Origin: Eledone cirrhosa
Lineage: Eukaryota
Reading direction: 5' to 3'
DNA: 64,000 bases
Assembly (NCBI GenBank): GCA_964016885.1
Contig: OZ024744.1
Span: 59,954,001-60,018,000 of the forward strand
Shown here: piece by piece, positions 40,411-56,536 of the stretch
Layout: every line of letters begins with the position of its first letter
Position numbering within the stretch: position 1 is the first letter of the stretch
The notes under the pieces: generated by a model
Seen by the model: only the letters and a program-made list of their open reading frames with translations
Databases searched by the model: none
Told to the model about the DNA's origin: nothing
Position numbers and translations under genes: made by a program

Positions 40411-40554
40411 ACAAGTAGGGATTTTCTAATCCATCATAAGCATACACTTACTTACTATCCTTTATGCTAATAGCTTATTTTCATATAATCATATGTATTA
40501 AACAGTAATTTCTAAAATATTTCATTAGTACTTTGGAGTGAAGAGCTTAAATTT

Positions 40555-41090
40555 CACATTTGGTTTTGATCTTTTAACTGCTTTTTTATATTTCACATCT
40601 AGCTCGGTCCTAATACCTTCTGTAGCACTGTTAAATCAAAGATTTTTGGAAATTGCTCATAATTCCCAACTTGAGTGTCTTCTAGAAGTTTCTGTTCAAA
40701 CTATCCTCATCGATGTCCAGATTGGTTCATTGGTCATCGTCGTTCATTCACTTCCTTAACCATTTATAGATAGCAAGCGTTGCATTCTGGTTGCTGATTG
40801 ACTTGCACAGTTAATAGAGTGCAGCCTTCCAGATGCTCGCTGCCCTTCTCCAATTTGCACTTGACCCAGAACCGCAGCTCCGTTAAGGAGTCGAGTTGCG
40901 AAAAAACGTGTCTGATGAAAGGCTTCAACGCCAGTCCTTGTCACGGGAGTGATATTTCTGCCTGTGTCTCCACATAATCAGCGCAGGAATTCCGAGGCCT
41001 CCGTACAGTGGGTGTGGGCAGCAGATGGATTTCTTGACATGCAGAACTTGTTCCTTCCACAAGAAACGAAAGAGTAAGCGTCCCAAACTG
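40555..41090 (-). pseudogene. Decayed Tx1/L1 ORF2 fragment
   Basis: Minus-strand LGRLLFRFLWKEQVLHVKKSICCPHPLYGGLGIP and MSNFQKSL. Confidence 0.75.
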
Positions 41091-42247
41091 GTAAGGTGTT
41101 TCTTATTATAAACAGTATGGTGTAAAGAAATCGAAAATAGATCAAATATCTGTAAACGGTTTTGGAACTAAAAATATTTCTCTATGAATTGATAAATAGA
41201 AGTAGTGTACGGTCGTCTCCTGCCCCTCGCCCCATCTCTCTCCCAATATATATATCTGTCTTGTCTTCTCCCTTTCTCATCTCCCTTCATGTATACACAG
41301 AGATACATGCATGCACACACAAATATGGTATATGCATGCATACAAAGTGGGTTGGAGCAATGTAAAATAAAGTGTCTCACTCAAGAACACAACGCCCTGC
41401 CGTGAAGCGAACTGATGGTCTTACAATTGTGAACCGAATACTGTAATCACTAAGCCGGGCGCCTTCACACACAATTCAATGAGCTAGAATAAAAAGACTA
41501 TTTTCTTTGCGGTGTTTCAACGTCGTTATTGTTTCTTCTTTTTTTTAATTGCCATATGCTGTCAAACTTCTGTGGGTCTTACTCACATACAGTCTGCAGC
41601 ATTCGAACACTACAGATGTTCTTTGAAATTCAATGACCGTGAATATCATGGGTCACATCTTTCTGGTGGTTGACTGAACTTTGCATAGTATCATCAATTA
41701 TTTTTATCATTATATCATTTAAATATAGCAGAGGCTTTCAACCTAATTATGTATCAAACATAATACGGCATCACATATTTCTGTCCCGTCCCTTCTTATT
41801 ATCATAAAAATTCTATCATACACAATTTCTATCGCAACTGCAAACAAAAATAGTAAATATAATAGGTCAGAAAGTAAAGTTTATTGACGTTTTGTGACTA
41901 AGAATAATGGGTATTTATTGACAGAATCATTAGAGCGTTGGATTAAATGCTTTGGGGGTATTCGTTCCCGCTCTTTACGTTCTGAGTTCAAATTCTACTG
42001 AGGTTAACTTCGCTTTTCATTCTCCCGGAGTCAATAAAATAAAGTAGCAATTAAATACTGGGTAGATTTAATCAACTTTGCCATTCCACCAAATTGCTGC
42101 TTTTGTGCTTAAATGAGAAACCAGTCACTTACATGTTAATTTCATGAGCAGGCTGTTCCGTAAATCAAACAATTGGAACAGTCATTCTTCAAGTAGACAG
42201 AGATCCATTCCATCTGTGTATGTCTGGGTTATGTTTATCTCTCATAG

Positions 42248-42340
42248 CGTTGCAAAACCCTTGAGAATGTCAGCCAAATACTTGGAGCGGAATCAGTGCG
42301 AATACCAATATAATTACTCCAAGATATTGCGTGGAATGTG
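42248..42340 (+). CDS. Candidate host exon (93 bp, VAKPLRMSAKYLERNQCEYQYNYSKILRGM)
   Basis: tttatctctcatAG acceptor, GTAAGA donor, one open frame, non-repetitive in this window; no homology recognised. Confidence 0.3.
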
Positions 42341-42526
42341 GTAAGAGTCTACTTTATTTAAAAATATATTTTGTAGTTACCTGTATATTGTTCTTGTTCT
42401 TGTTAATGTTTTTTTTTCCTGAAAATTGTTTACCATTGACCAACTTAGTAGTCGTTTTGTATTTGTTTCTCTATTGCGTAACTCCATTCTAATTTTCTTA
42501 TACACACACACACACACACACGCACG

Positions 42527-42672
<146 letters not shown>

Positions 42673-42889
42673 GATAGATAGATAGATAGAGAGAGTTGTG
42701 AGTGATATATATATATGTGGTATGGAAATAGCTGTCTGAAGAGCTGATTCTTTCCATTGGAAATTCTCTGAATTTCCAATCTTTTGATAAGCGAAACCGT
42801 CGGTCACAGCATTAGAACGGGTGAATATTTAAATCGTATTTTAATTTATTTAAAAGATTGTTTAATGTTTACTTGTTCCGCTCATTTTT

Positions 42890-43507
42890 TCTATATATAT
42901 ATATATATATATATATTTAATATTATAAAGCTGAGTTTCGTGTGTATAAAAGCTGAGTGTCGTGTGTATTATGTATGTATGTATCCTACACACCTCCCTA
43001 TAGTTTCTTAGCTTTACTCTCTCCGTCGCTCTTCCCTCTCTCTATAATAGATCATTCCCCCTCTCTATAATTTAACTGCTTTACTCTCTCTGTCGCTCTT
43101 CACTCTCTAATATTATAAAGCTGAGCGTCGTCTCTTTCTCTCCCTCTTTCACTCTCTCTATAATTTAACTGCTTTACTCTCTGTCTCTCTTCACTCTCTA
43201 TATGACAACACTCTTTTACTTTCCGTAGAGATGAGCGTCGTGTGTAATTTCGGCTCTCTATAATAGATAATTCCCCCTCTCTATAATTTAACTGCTTTAC
43301 TCTCTCTGTCGCTCTTCACTCTCTAATACTACAAAGCTGAGCGTCGTCTCTCTCTCTCTCTCTCTCTCTCTGTCACCCTCTCTATAATTTAACTGCTTTA
43401 CTCTCTGTGTCTCTATATGACAGCAGTTAATAAGTACATCAAAAGGCAACCCTGACAAATATAATAATGTATGTATCCCACACACTTTTTTTGTCGTCGC
43501 TCGCATA

Positions 43508-43590
<83 letters not shown>

Positions 43591-43963
43591 CACATACACA
43601 CACACACGCACACACACGCACACACAAACACACACACACACATACACACACACACGCGCACACACGCACACACAAACACACACACACATACACATACACA
43701 CACACAAATACACATACTTTCACACCTGATTTCACCAATTGCCGGATAACATCAAAACAAAACACAGACATACACATGCACATACACACATACACTAACA
43801 CATACACATACACAAACACACACACACACACATCTATACTTTATATGTATGTAAGATCATTCCCCCTCTCTATAATTTAACTGCTTTACTCTCTCTGTCG
43901 CTCTTCACTCTCTATATGACAACACTGTTTTAGTTTCCGTATCTCCCTTCAATATATCCACAT

Positions 43964-43997
<34 letters not shown>

Positions 43998-44233
43998 GGG
44001 AGGGGAGAGAGAGAAAGCGAGATTTAGAGACAGATTAGGAAAACTACACACACACATCTACAGAGAGAGACAGTGTGAGGGGCAAAGAGAGAGATAGGCC
44101 GTTAGACAGAGAGAGATACAATTAAAGTGTTATTTTTTCAGAGAGAGAGAGAGAGAGAGAGTCGGAAGGAGAATGTGACACGGGAGGGTGTGCAGGTATA
44201 CCTAGCCGCGCTCCAGCTGGACAGGCCAGCTAG
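42890..44233 (+). mobile_element. Non-autonomous Helitron-like element with internal minisatellite
   Basis: TCtatata...tataaagctgag 5' end; GC-rich subterminal segment and CTAG|T 3' end; repeated tctataatttaactgctttactctct. Confidence 0.6.
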
Positions 44234-45431
44234 TATATATATAATTAAGAATGATTTTCCGAAGAGGTACGTAAAAAAAAATACAGTTAAGTAAGGTGCT
44301 CGGTACATTAGTAGGTAACGTACAAACTTATTTCATATAGAAATTACTTCTAAAGGATAAAGACTGCTTTGTTCGTTTTGAATTTCCAGAACTTTCCTGG
44401 GAATTTCAAATGAATGAAATAGTTCTTGTTCTGAAGAAGTCATTTCTATATGAAACATTCTATATCATTGGCAAATAATTTGGAAAGTAATTTTTAAAAA
44501 ATTGAGGGAGATAGTAATATAACTAACTTTATCATTATTAAGCTGGTGTTTGGACCATAACTTAACAAAGGTTCTGGCATAAAATCATGATGGAAGCTTT
44601 TTATTAGATAAATATAAATACTCATACGTTACCATACCTCTAATGATAGGCACTGCCTTTATGTTTTTAATAATTTTGAATACAATGAAGAATTCTGAGG
44701 GATTTAGTAACTAACTATATCATTAAGCTGAATCATAACGTAACAAAGGAGTTTACATAAAATTATAATTGTTTCTACTTTAGGCACAAGGCCAGCAATT
44801 ACCCAGTGCATTACTGGTACTTTATTTTATCGACCCCGTAAGGAATAGAAACATTTTAGATGCATATAAATACTGTCAAATAAAAAGTTTTGTATGTTAG
44901 AACTAGGCATGGTTTTTGGGTAACTTCGTATCAAAATGGTATATATAAGGTGAATTTGGGAATCCAAACACGAAAATGATATCCTATCTTATTCTATGCT
45001 GTTTTGTATAGTAATTTGGTAAAATGCAGTTTACTGCACAATGAAAACAATTCAATTTGAGATTCTTCAACGATTTACTGGGTTTTTTTTTCTTTTAATT
45101 TACTTATATTATCAGGATGATTATGCCTCGTCAGCGGAAGCTATGAGAAAAGGAATGTCGGCAGGTGTAAAAGATTGAATAGTCTCTTAAAGAAAAATTA
45201 CATTTTTTTTTGTCTTGTTTTGTTTTGATTTGTTTTGAATTGTTCTTCTAAACATTTTGCTTCACTATCCGACCATGCATTCTTAAACATTCTCGCAATT
45301 TCCGTAAAGATTGATTTAACTACAGCTTAGCGGAAACCGTTGAAGATTTAAAAAACCACAAGCCGTGGAGAATGTAGAGATGTTATGATGGTGCGAGTTT
45401 TGTTTGTTTGTTTTGTTATTTCTACTGCTAA

Positions 45432-45620
45432 TAACTGTTTCTACTTAAGGCACGAGGCCAGCAATTACCCAGTACATTACTGGTACTTTATTTTATCGAC
45501 CCCGTAAGGATGAAAGGCAAAGTTAACCTCGGCGGGATTTGAACTCAGACTGTAAAGGGACGTAACTATGCTAGAAAGCATGGCGTCCAACCCTCTACCG
45601 ATACTGCCAATTCACCGCCC
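45432..45620 (-). mobile_element. SINE family 1, full length, TSD tttctactgctaataa
   Basis: Direct repeats at 45419 and 45621. Confidence 0.92.
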
Positions 45621-45688
45621 TTTCTACTGCTAATAACAATAACAAGCATACATCATCTTACCTAAGCATATGTATATCGTAACGTATA

Positions 45689-46035
45689 CAGTGTACACCC
45701 GGCATTCGCGGTCCCGGTTATTCGCTGAATTCTCCTTAGAACCTAACTAATAATTGTTCATGGAAACTACCGCATATTCGCGGAATCGTAAATATCTTGC
45801 GCAATTTTTTAATGTTTTTTTCTGTGGCAATATATATTTTTAATGCTAAATAATCGATAATAATATACCATATTTGCCGGCTTATTGGACGCCCCTTCGC
45901 ATAAGACGAAATTATATTTTACGTTTTATTTTGACGTTTATAGGCATTTTTATGGACTACGTCCAATATTCGCGGCTTTTCACGCTTCGCGGCTGCTTTA
46001 GGGACGTAAGTCCCGCGAATACTGGGGGACAACTG
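45689..46035. mobile_element. Tc1/pogo (Tigger-like) MITE
   Basis: TA|cagtgtacacccggcattcgcgg ... ccgcgaatactgggggacaactg|TA. Confidence 0.78.
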
Positions 46036-46344
46036 TATTGTGTAATTTAGCGTTAGTCAGTCGGGTGGAGCTCAATCTATACATACAATACGATGTAGAA
46101 ATCAACACAGCAAGCTATAGAAGCACGTGATAAATCTTTTGTGACCATATTTCTAATGAAATACACAATATTTGAATTAATGAATGAAGAAGAATTTATT
46201 CTTAAAATTGTATTTGCAACACAACTATAGATATATGTGTATATGTATATATTTAAATTAATTACACAATATGTATTCCCGTTAATTTATGAAGAATTTG
46301 GAGGAATTTACTAAAAGTTTTAATAATTTGTTTCATTATTAAAA

Positions 46345-46742
46345 TAATTGTTTCTACTTTTGGCACAAGACCAGCAAATACCCAGTACATTACTGGTACT
46401 TTATTTTATCGACCCCGTAAGGATGAAAGGCAAAGTTAACCTCGGCGCGATTTGAACTCAGAATGGCAAGGGGCGTAACTCTATGCGTCAAAGCATGGCG
46501 TCCGACCCTCTACCGATACTGCCAATCCCCTCTCATTATTAAAATAATATTAAGGGTGGTGGACTGGCAGTATCGGTAGAGGGTCGGACGCCATGCTTTG
46601 ACGCATAGAGTTACGGCCCTTGCCATTCTGAGTTCAAATCCCGCCGAGGTTAACTTTGCCTTTCATTCTTACGGGGTCGATAAAATAAAGTACCAGTAAT
46701 ACACTGGGTAATTGCTGGCCTTGTGCCAAAAGTAGAAACAAT
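46345..46742. mobile_element. Head-to-head inverted pair of SINE family 1
   Basis: Minus copy 46345-46530 (TSD tcattattaaaataat), plus copy 46555-46742. Confidence 0.92.
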
Positions 46743-46897
46743 TATTTGATAAAACATTATTTCTATGATCCATTGCTATCTACTACTTTAAACGTGGTAG
46801 CAATGATACGCCACTAATATAATTTCATTCAGAAGATGAAGCTGAAGAACGCTATTGTTACAAACTAAAGACATAAAGGACTAAGGAAACGCAAAAA

Positions 46898-47842
<945 letters not shown>

Positions 47843-48055
47843 TACTTAGATAAAAGAGATTAAACTCGAACGTAGCGCTGTTTTAAATATAACACATTTG
47901 AAAGAAAAAATACAACTATAAAAATATATAATCAGAAATGTATATCCAAAATTAAGGGTGTTATGTCTGAGAGACATGCACCATGTCCACTGCAGAGTAT
48001 GCTCAAAGATTCCAATGAATAGATCCGAACATTTTATATCAACTAGAATTTGAGT

Positions 48056-48123
<68 letters not shown>

Positions 48124-48347
48124 GAACATAAGAAACAATCACAGGGAATAATTTGTAAAGTGTGTAAGCACATACAGCTAGGTAGGTAACTAATTAAAGT
48201 TTAACTAGAACTTCAAATGATTAATCTCCTTTGTATAATAAAGAAATAAATAAAGAAATATATTTCACCATCAATCGGTAAATCACATGCGCTATATCCA
48301 CTGTAGAATATGCTAAATTATTCCCTGTGATTGTTTCATATGTTTAT

Positions 48348-48428
<81 letters not shown>

Positions 48429-49024
48429 TCGTTTAATTAGGAATATACTCACTTATTTCCTAATTTTTGTTGAGGGATTTGGCCGGAGTATCGCTATTAG
48501 CTTCCTCCGATAATGTATTTATATATATAAAAAATAAACAATTTAGCATATTATATATATGTTTAATCAATTTCTAGTTGATATAAATGCTCGGATCTAA
48601 TCAGAAATGTATGGATTTTTTTCCACTCATGCATATAACGTCCCCGAAATAACAACAAACAACAAACATATTTAATGTAAAGATTAAAACCTAATTCCTT
48701 CATTTCAAAGTAACTGCTGCTATCACCAAAATATGGAATGTGGATGAATAACGGAACAAAACATAATGTTTCTTGTCTGTAGTAAGTAGAGGGTGGCGGG
48801 TGAGACTGGGTGAGGGAGAATGAAAGAGAGAGAAAGAGCGTCGGACAGCTTGTTTTGTGGTATATATTTACGGCCCTTTACGTTTCACATGTTTATCTAT
48901 CCTTACGGGATAGATAAAATAAAGTACCACAGGTAGCGATTTAATATTATTCATATGTAACCCATTTGCAACCACGCAGCACGTCATGTTTTCATATATT
49001 TATATATATATATATATATATATA

Positions 49025-49326
49025 CGATATTAATAAATGGAAACTATATTTATAAAACCATATTTATTTCATTATACATATTTCAGGGATACCAAATTAA
49101 ATTATGGTATGCCTTCATCAGACAAAATACAATATATAACAGTTTTACAAATAAGCTTTGACGTAATTTGGTATCCCTGAAATATGTATAATGAAATAAA
49201 TATGGTTTTATAAATATAGTTTCCATTTATTAATATAGTATATCTACTCCAAATACTTGTCGAGTGCTTTATATCAGTTATAAAAATATTTACTTGTTGT
49301 ATCCCAACAATTTTAAATAGAACTTT

Positions 49327-49330
<4 letters not shown>
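49025..49330. mobile_element. Penelope-like inverted pLTR remnant with hammerhead-like motif (49071-49125, -)
   Basis: Inverted duplication of the 3325-3535 family. Confidence 0.65.
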
Positions 49331-49412
<82 letters not shown>

Positions 49413-49730
49413 CATACATACACACACACACACTCTGAACTTGGTGTCTGAAACAAAGAACGGCATACAAATATATATACATGTATACATTAATATATAT
49501 ATATGTATATATATACCAATATACATACCTCCTGCTGCATATATAGCGTTCCTCTGTGCTAATTTACCGGAAGTGTAAAGAACACGAAGACATTCATTCA
49601 CTAACACATTCTGACTTTTCTTCAACTCAGATACTCGGTCTCAAGCCTTTTAGGTTCGGTGTTGTCAGAATTATTCAAGAAAGTGAATTTATGGTTTACA
49701 AAAAAGTAAACAAAAACAAAAAAAGCAACA

Positions 49731-49929
49731 AAGAAGAAGAAGAAGAAGAAGAAGAAGAAGAAGAAGAAGAAGAAGAAGAAGAAGAAGAAGAAGAAGAAGA
49801 AGAAGAAGAAGAAGAAGAAGAAGAAGAAGAAGAAGAAGAAGAAGAAGAAGAAGAAGAAGAAGAAGAAGAAGAAGAAGAAGAAGAAGAAGAAGAAGAAGAA
49901 GAAGAAGAAGAAGAAGAAGAAGAAGAAGA
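49731..49929. repeat. Pure (GAA)n, about 66 units
   Basis: Direct inspection. Confidence 0.97.
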
Positions 49930-50725
49930 AATATATCTTCAAACATTAAGATTTTCCCATTTCCTTTCGGAAGTAGCGTTGAACATGTGCTGAGCCCCCA
50001 TATCGTAATTTTGCTATCAAGTTGGGTTGATAAGACCACTGCTCATTTAGTCTGGGTTTAATCTAAACTCTAACGACGTTGGATTAATTCTGTAAGAAAT
50101 CTCTGAACGATTAAATAAATTCGTTAAGCTGAATGAGCTAATCATTTCCCAACGCTTCCTGCCCACTATCGTCATTTACTAACGCTTCCAACGCTTTCCC
50201 CTTCTTCTTTTTATCTATTTGGTTAATTTACTATCATCCGTCAACCTCTGCTTTATATCTCCTTCCTATTCGTCTGTTTGATTTCATTCTTTAATACTTT
50301 CATTTTCTCATTCCTTTATTCTGGTTTTCTATATGGGCTTCCAGCTTCTCGGTGTACGTAAAGTCAGCAGGTCTAGCCTACATCTCTCCACTCACATATG
50401 TGCATATGTGCAATATACCCAATACTGTCTATTTGACTTTTAATAGTTACCTTTTCACACATAACAGACTCTATACATTTTATTTCAAACAGCTTCTGAA
50501 CTCTTAAGTGTTTTCCCATTTTCCCATCACACAAAACGAAACACACACACATAGATATATAGGTCACGCGCGCGCGCGTATGTATGTGTTTTATTGAAAT
50601 GCTTATATAAAGAGCGACCTCACACGATACCATATTAGATGATTAAGCATAGTTTAATCAGAAGTACAAACCTTATACAATGCTTACAACACAAAATGTT
50701 TCGTATATTTGTTGTTGCTGCTGCC

Positions 50726-50756
<31 letters not shown>

Positions 50757-51269
50757 TTCTGCATTATTGCAGAACAAAAATACTGACCTCTCTTGACTGA
50801 AATGACTGAAACCGGAAATTTTTCTCTCTACAGCGATGAGCTTCCTGTTCCAGCACGGAAAGAATACAAGGGATATCTATGACTAAAGAGTGCAGTCTTT
50901 TTGCTTTACAGTAATGCAGAAAAGAAAAAAATGTACGATACAACATCTGTAGTGAACTCCAGATGTTGACTTAGGAGATTTTTTAGGAGTTTTTCCGTTG
51001 TCTTTTTCCTGTTTTGGATTCATGTTCAACAGTCTTAGCCACGCGGGCTTTTTTAAAGCTATCGCATAGTAGATGTCACACCGCCTGGTCTGTCTCCCTA
51101 CACCTCAGTGTCAGCCTTCATTGTCTGCACATTGTACTGCAGTCCATATTATTTCTGTTTTTCTCAACTTTCTATTTTTCTTCTCCTTTGGCCCTCACAC
51201 ACCTTCTCTCCTTTCTTTTCCAGTTGATGCACTTTGGATATTTTTCCGTCATTATTTGTGTAACTCAAA

Positions 51270-51692
51270 TGGCGGTGGATTGGCAGTATCGGTTGAGGGT
51301 CGGACACTATGCTTTGCAGCATAGAGTTACGGTCCTTTATGATCTGAGTTCAAATCCCGCCGAGGTTAACTTTGCCTTTCATCCTTACGGGGTCGATAAA
51401 ATAAAGTACCAGTCACGCACTGGGGTCGATTTAATCGACTTTCCCCTCCCCCAAAATTTCTGGCCTTGTGCCTATATAAGAAACCATTATTTGTGTAACT
51501 CACAAATGGTGGTGAATTGGCAGTACCGGTAGATGGTTGGACATGCTTTCCAGCATAGTTACGTCCCTTTATGATTTGAATTCAAATCCCGCCGAGGTTA
51601 ACTTTGCCTTTCATCCTTACGGGGTCGATAAAATAAAGTACCAGTAATGCACTGGTTAATTGCTGGCCTTGTGCCAAAAAGTAGAAACAATT
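51270..51692 (+). mobile_element. Two tandem SINE family 1 copies of different subfamilies
   Basis: A box tggcagtatcgg, B box gagttcaaatcc; attatttgtgtaactca occurs before, between and after. Confidence 0.92.
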
Positions 51693-52199
51693 ATTTGTGT
51701 AACTCACTTAAAGACATAACTTTTCCAGCCTTTGTCTCTACCTGTTTTGTTTCCTCCCAGTGTACACTAGAATGAATAGTATCAACCTTAACCACTAAAC
51801 CTGTAGTGATTTCCAGAGGTTAACTGAGAAGATAGGATTGTCCGTTTTGCCGATGTTTTTTCGTTGCCTTTGTCGCATGTGACCCCTGTTTTGTATCCGT
51901 GTGATGTTGCCGGACGCGAGAATCTATGAGTACACAGGTGAAATTCCAGAATAACAAGACTCATCAGTTAGTCATAACAGAGTATTTTCTGTGTGTGTGC
52001 GCGCGCGCGCGCGTGTGTGTCTGTGTGTCTGTGTGTGTATGTATGTCGATTATCAATCCAACACTCTGTTCCTCTATTTGTGCGCACACTACTTACATCT
52101 TTTACGTCACATTTTTTTAATCTAAAATATAATCATTGAGATGCCAATCCTTCGATCTTGGATGCATCCAAATTGTTTTATATTTATTTTTCTGTACAA

Positions 52200-52870
52200 A
52201 AGGTAAAGACTGAAAAACCATTTCGGTTACATTCTCCTACATCTAAGGTAGGCCATGTTATGAAATCAGATCCAACCCTCAGGTTGAAGACATCTATTAG
52301 CTTATCAGAAATTGACTCGTTTCTCAGAAATTCTCTCAGTTAATTGTAGATTTGTTCAATAGATTTTTCTAGGTGTGACATTGTAGATGCGTAAACACTC
52401 ATTATTGTAAGGTATCTTCATTTTTGCAGGTGCAGTCGATATGATATAATACGTTCTGGGGAACCAGTTGTACAGTTTTCACAAGATGAGTTGGGAGGGT
52501 TTCTAACAACCAAGCCAACACCAGATTCTCTCCCTTGACCGTCTGCCACACCTTTCCAAAAGAAAGTGTAACTAAATCCACTTTCATTGAGCTGACCATC
52601 TCCATGTAGGCATGTTTCAGAGAGAGAGCTACTATATCTAATGAATATATTTTCAATTCATGAGTGGTCAGTGTGGTTTGTCACTCTGGTCTTTGAACCA
52701 AATTGTCCTTCACTAGAGTATGCACATTCCAACAAGCAAGTTTCAAAGAGTGTTTAACGTCCTTATGCTGTCGATTGACCACAGTAGCAGGATAATGACC
52801 AAGTCCAGCAGGTGGCGCACTATGGGGATCTGCCGAACCAGACCTATTCACCTGTCGTTCCCAAGTCTTT
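52200..52870 (-). pseudogene. RTE-type APE endonuclease N-terminal fragment
   Basis: LKLACWNVHTL...RPE...YSLDIVALS. Confidence 0.7.
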
Positions 52871-53477
52871 ATTGCCATTTACTAATTTTGTTTGAGACTT
52901 TTCAAATGAGTTTTAAGTGTATTTTAAGGTTAGTACTAACCATACAGCAGATGTTAAATAAGTTTGAAGTGTACAAAAAGTACATGTGCAGTTGAACATA
53001 TTTTGTGGACATAGATTTTACATAACAGCCCCCACTTCTTGACCACAGAAAGTCTCAGTTGTGTGGCATATGGAATGACAAGTCCGAAAACTTCAGGAGC
53101 TTCGTGTTTCTTTTTTTATTTCAAAGCTTACCATCTCCTGAACTAGTTGCCATAATCTACCTATAGAGTCTAGTCTACTCTTTAAGATCACTGATAGTAC
53201 CACCCTATTATGGGGACGCTCAGCAATCAGAGACCTGGTATTATATAAGAGTTATAAAATAATGATACACAATTAAACAATAATATACAATATACAGTAT
53301 GTAAAAATAAGAAAGAAAGTGAAATAAAGTAAATTATAAAAAAAAAAAAGATAAATAAATAATATTTTAAAAAGTTAAAAAGCTAAAAGGATAATAAGAT
53401 AAAATAAATTTTTTAAAAATTATTTACGGTTGTATACACACATACATACACACAATATATAGATATGTACATACTAA

Positions 53478-53653
53478 TGGATGGCCGTTGACTCTTATGA
53501 GCTCCTCAGGTTTTGCTTTCATTCCGCAGGATGTCCAAAATCCTCCCCCTAACCAAGCAAGCTTGGTGGGGTTGCCGGTTTAGTGGCCGACGACCCGACA
53601 ATGCAACAGGTTCTACTGGGTTACAATTCACAAGTAGCGCTCGGGGACCACCC
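53478..53653 (-). mobile_element. RTE leader fragment (family 4)
   Basis: Homolog of 7330-7505. Confidence 0.75.
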
Positions 53654-53708
53654 TACACATATATATATATATAAGTAAGTATGTTTTGAAACAGCGAGAA
53701 AGTTTGAA

Positions 53709-53866
53709 ATTAGAAAATAGAAGCTTTCATCGTATTTTTTGACTAAATAAATTTTAGCCGGGGTTTAGAATACTCATCTTTTTCCATTTCTCTGAGGGTT
53801 CTAAACCCCACTATCAGGCTAAAATTTCTTTAGTAAAAAATACGGTGAAAGCTTCTATTTTCTAAT
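53709..53866. mobile_element. Small MITE-like element with ~50 bp TIRs
   Basis: attagaaaatagaagctttcatcgtatttt...tttagcc / ggctaaa...aaaatacggtgaaagcttctattttctaat. Confidence 0.7.
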
Positions 53867-54041
53867 ATATATATACTATACACACATACCACGTGTAGCT
53901 TGATAGTTAATCCACACTCGCACTGAAGGTAAATACTATTTCCTATTATAACGATGCAATTCTTTAAAAAGTAAACAAAACATTTCTCCGGTGTCGTTTG
54001 CATTTGAAAGAAATGAACTTATTGAGGTATTTATTTGTTGG

Positions 54042-54084
54042 TTAATTCTGATGAGCCCCAAGAGGTGAAAGATATGTAAATTAA
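54042..54084 (+). ncRNA. Minimal type I hammerhead-like motif
   Basis: ttaatt-CTGATGA-gcc(ccaaga)ggt-GAAA-gatat-GTA-aattaa. Confidence 0.65.
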
Positions 54085-54249
54085 ATTATGATATAACTAA
54101 CAGTGTTTGGTAACATAATTAATGTAAAAATTCGCTCTACGTGTGGATAAGCCTGCACATTAGAATTCCATATATTTATTTTAGAAATTGTATATAGTCG
54201 TGTGTAGAGTTTATTGTAATAAATTATCGAATTTTGAGTTTCACCTAAT

Positions 54250-55505
<1,256 letters not shown>

Positions 55506-56354
55506 TATGAGAACTGATTGTGATATCTAAAGCCATCGCTCATAAATGCGAGTGTAAAACTGTGTGGATAGGAAGAGAAAAAGTTTTCTGTACATTGTTC
55601 TGTACATAGTTCTGTGGGGAAAAAGGCATGTTTAGCGAAAATGTTTTATTGTTAACTTGGTACGTTTTGTGGGTGCACTTTTCAGGTGTTTAGTTTACAA
55701 AGGACGTTTAGTTTTGTTATTATGTTGCCTCTAATTTCATTTTTGTCTTGGTGTATTGTAAGCGTTTAAGTCTAATAATTGTTTCTACTTTAGGCACAAG
55801 GCCAGCAATTACCCAGAGCATTAATGGTATAGACTGTCTTAAGGTGTTGGAGATGGAGTATGTAGCCGAGTCGATCGAGCGTTGAATAGAATATCTTGAG
55901 GTATTTGTTCCGGTTGACTGAGCTCTACGTTCAAATTCCACCGAAGTCAACTTCGTTTCTAATCCATTCGAGATCGATGCAATTAAGTGCCAATTAAGTG
56001 TCGGTGGATTTTCAGGATTGTTAAGACATCGGCCTTGCAATATATATTCCAGTACTTTACGTTTTGAGTTAAAATTCCTCTTAGACAGTAGAATCCTACC
56101 AATGGATTGCGTTAACCTGACAGATCGCAAGTGATTATCATATATCATCAAATCTATAAAGGGCGGAAGAGATTTGCAGCCGTCTTTTACAGCAGCCGAA
56201 CGAAGAAGGCAACGGCGACTACATCGATGACGATGATGTTGGTAATGATGATGATAATGATGATGTTAGTGGTGGTAATGATGAGGATGGTGTTGGTGAT
56301 GGTGATAATGATGTAGCCTAGTGAGACGGTTTGCAAGGTTGGTAAGCTAGTGGT

Positions 56355-56535
56355 GTGTGCATAAAATCCTGCATCTACACATGTACAGATACAAAGCATA
56401 TACACATGCACACATACAACTTAAAACATACACATCCACACATACAATAACATCCATATCTACACATGCATGCATGCAGACATGCAGACATATCTACCTA
56501 GTTGATGTTGTGTAAATTCTAATGAGAGAGTCTTT
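56355..56535 (+). mobile_element. R4/Dong family B 3'UTR fragment
   Basis: Matches 60830-61000. Confidence 0.7.
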
Positions 56536-56536
56536 A

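Noticed and set aside
40810-41095. Plus-strand exon ending at gtaag, and a ctgatga hammerhead at 40913
   Set aside because: The region translates as Tx1 ORF2 on the minus strand; no GAAA follows the putative stem II.
48711-48781. Candidate exon with gtaagt donor
   Set aside because: Stops in all three frames; cannot be supported as an internal coding exon.
49556-50039. Poly-Glu/poly-Phe/poly-Leu ORFs
   Set aside because: Derived from (GAA)n.
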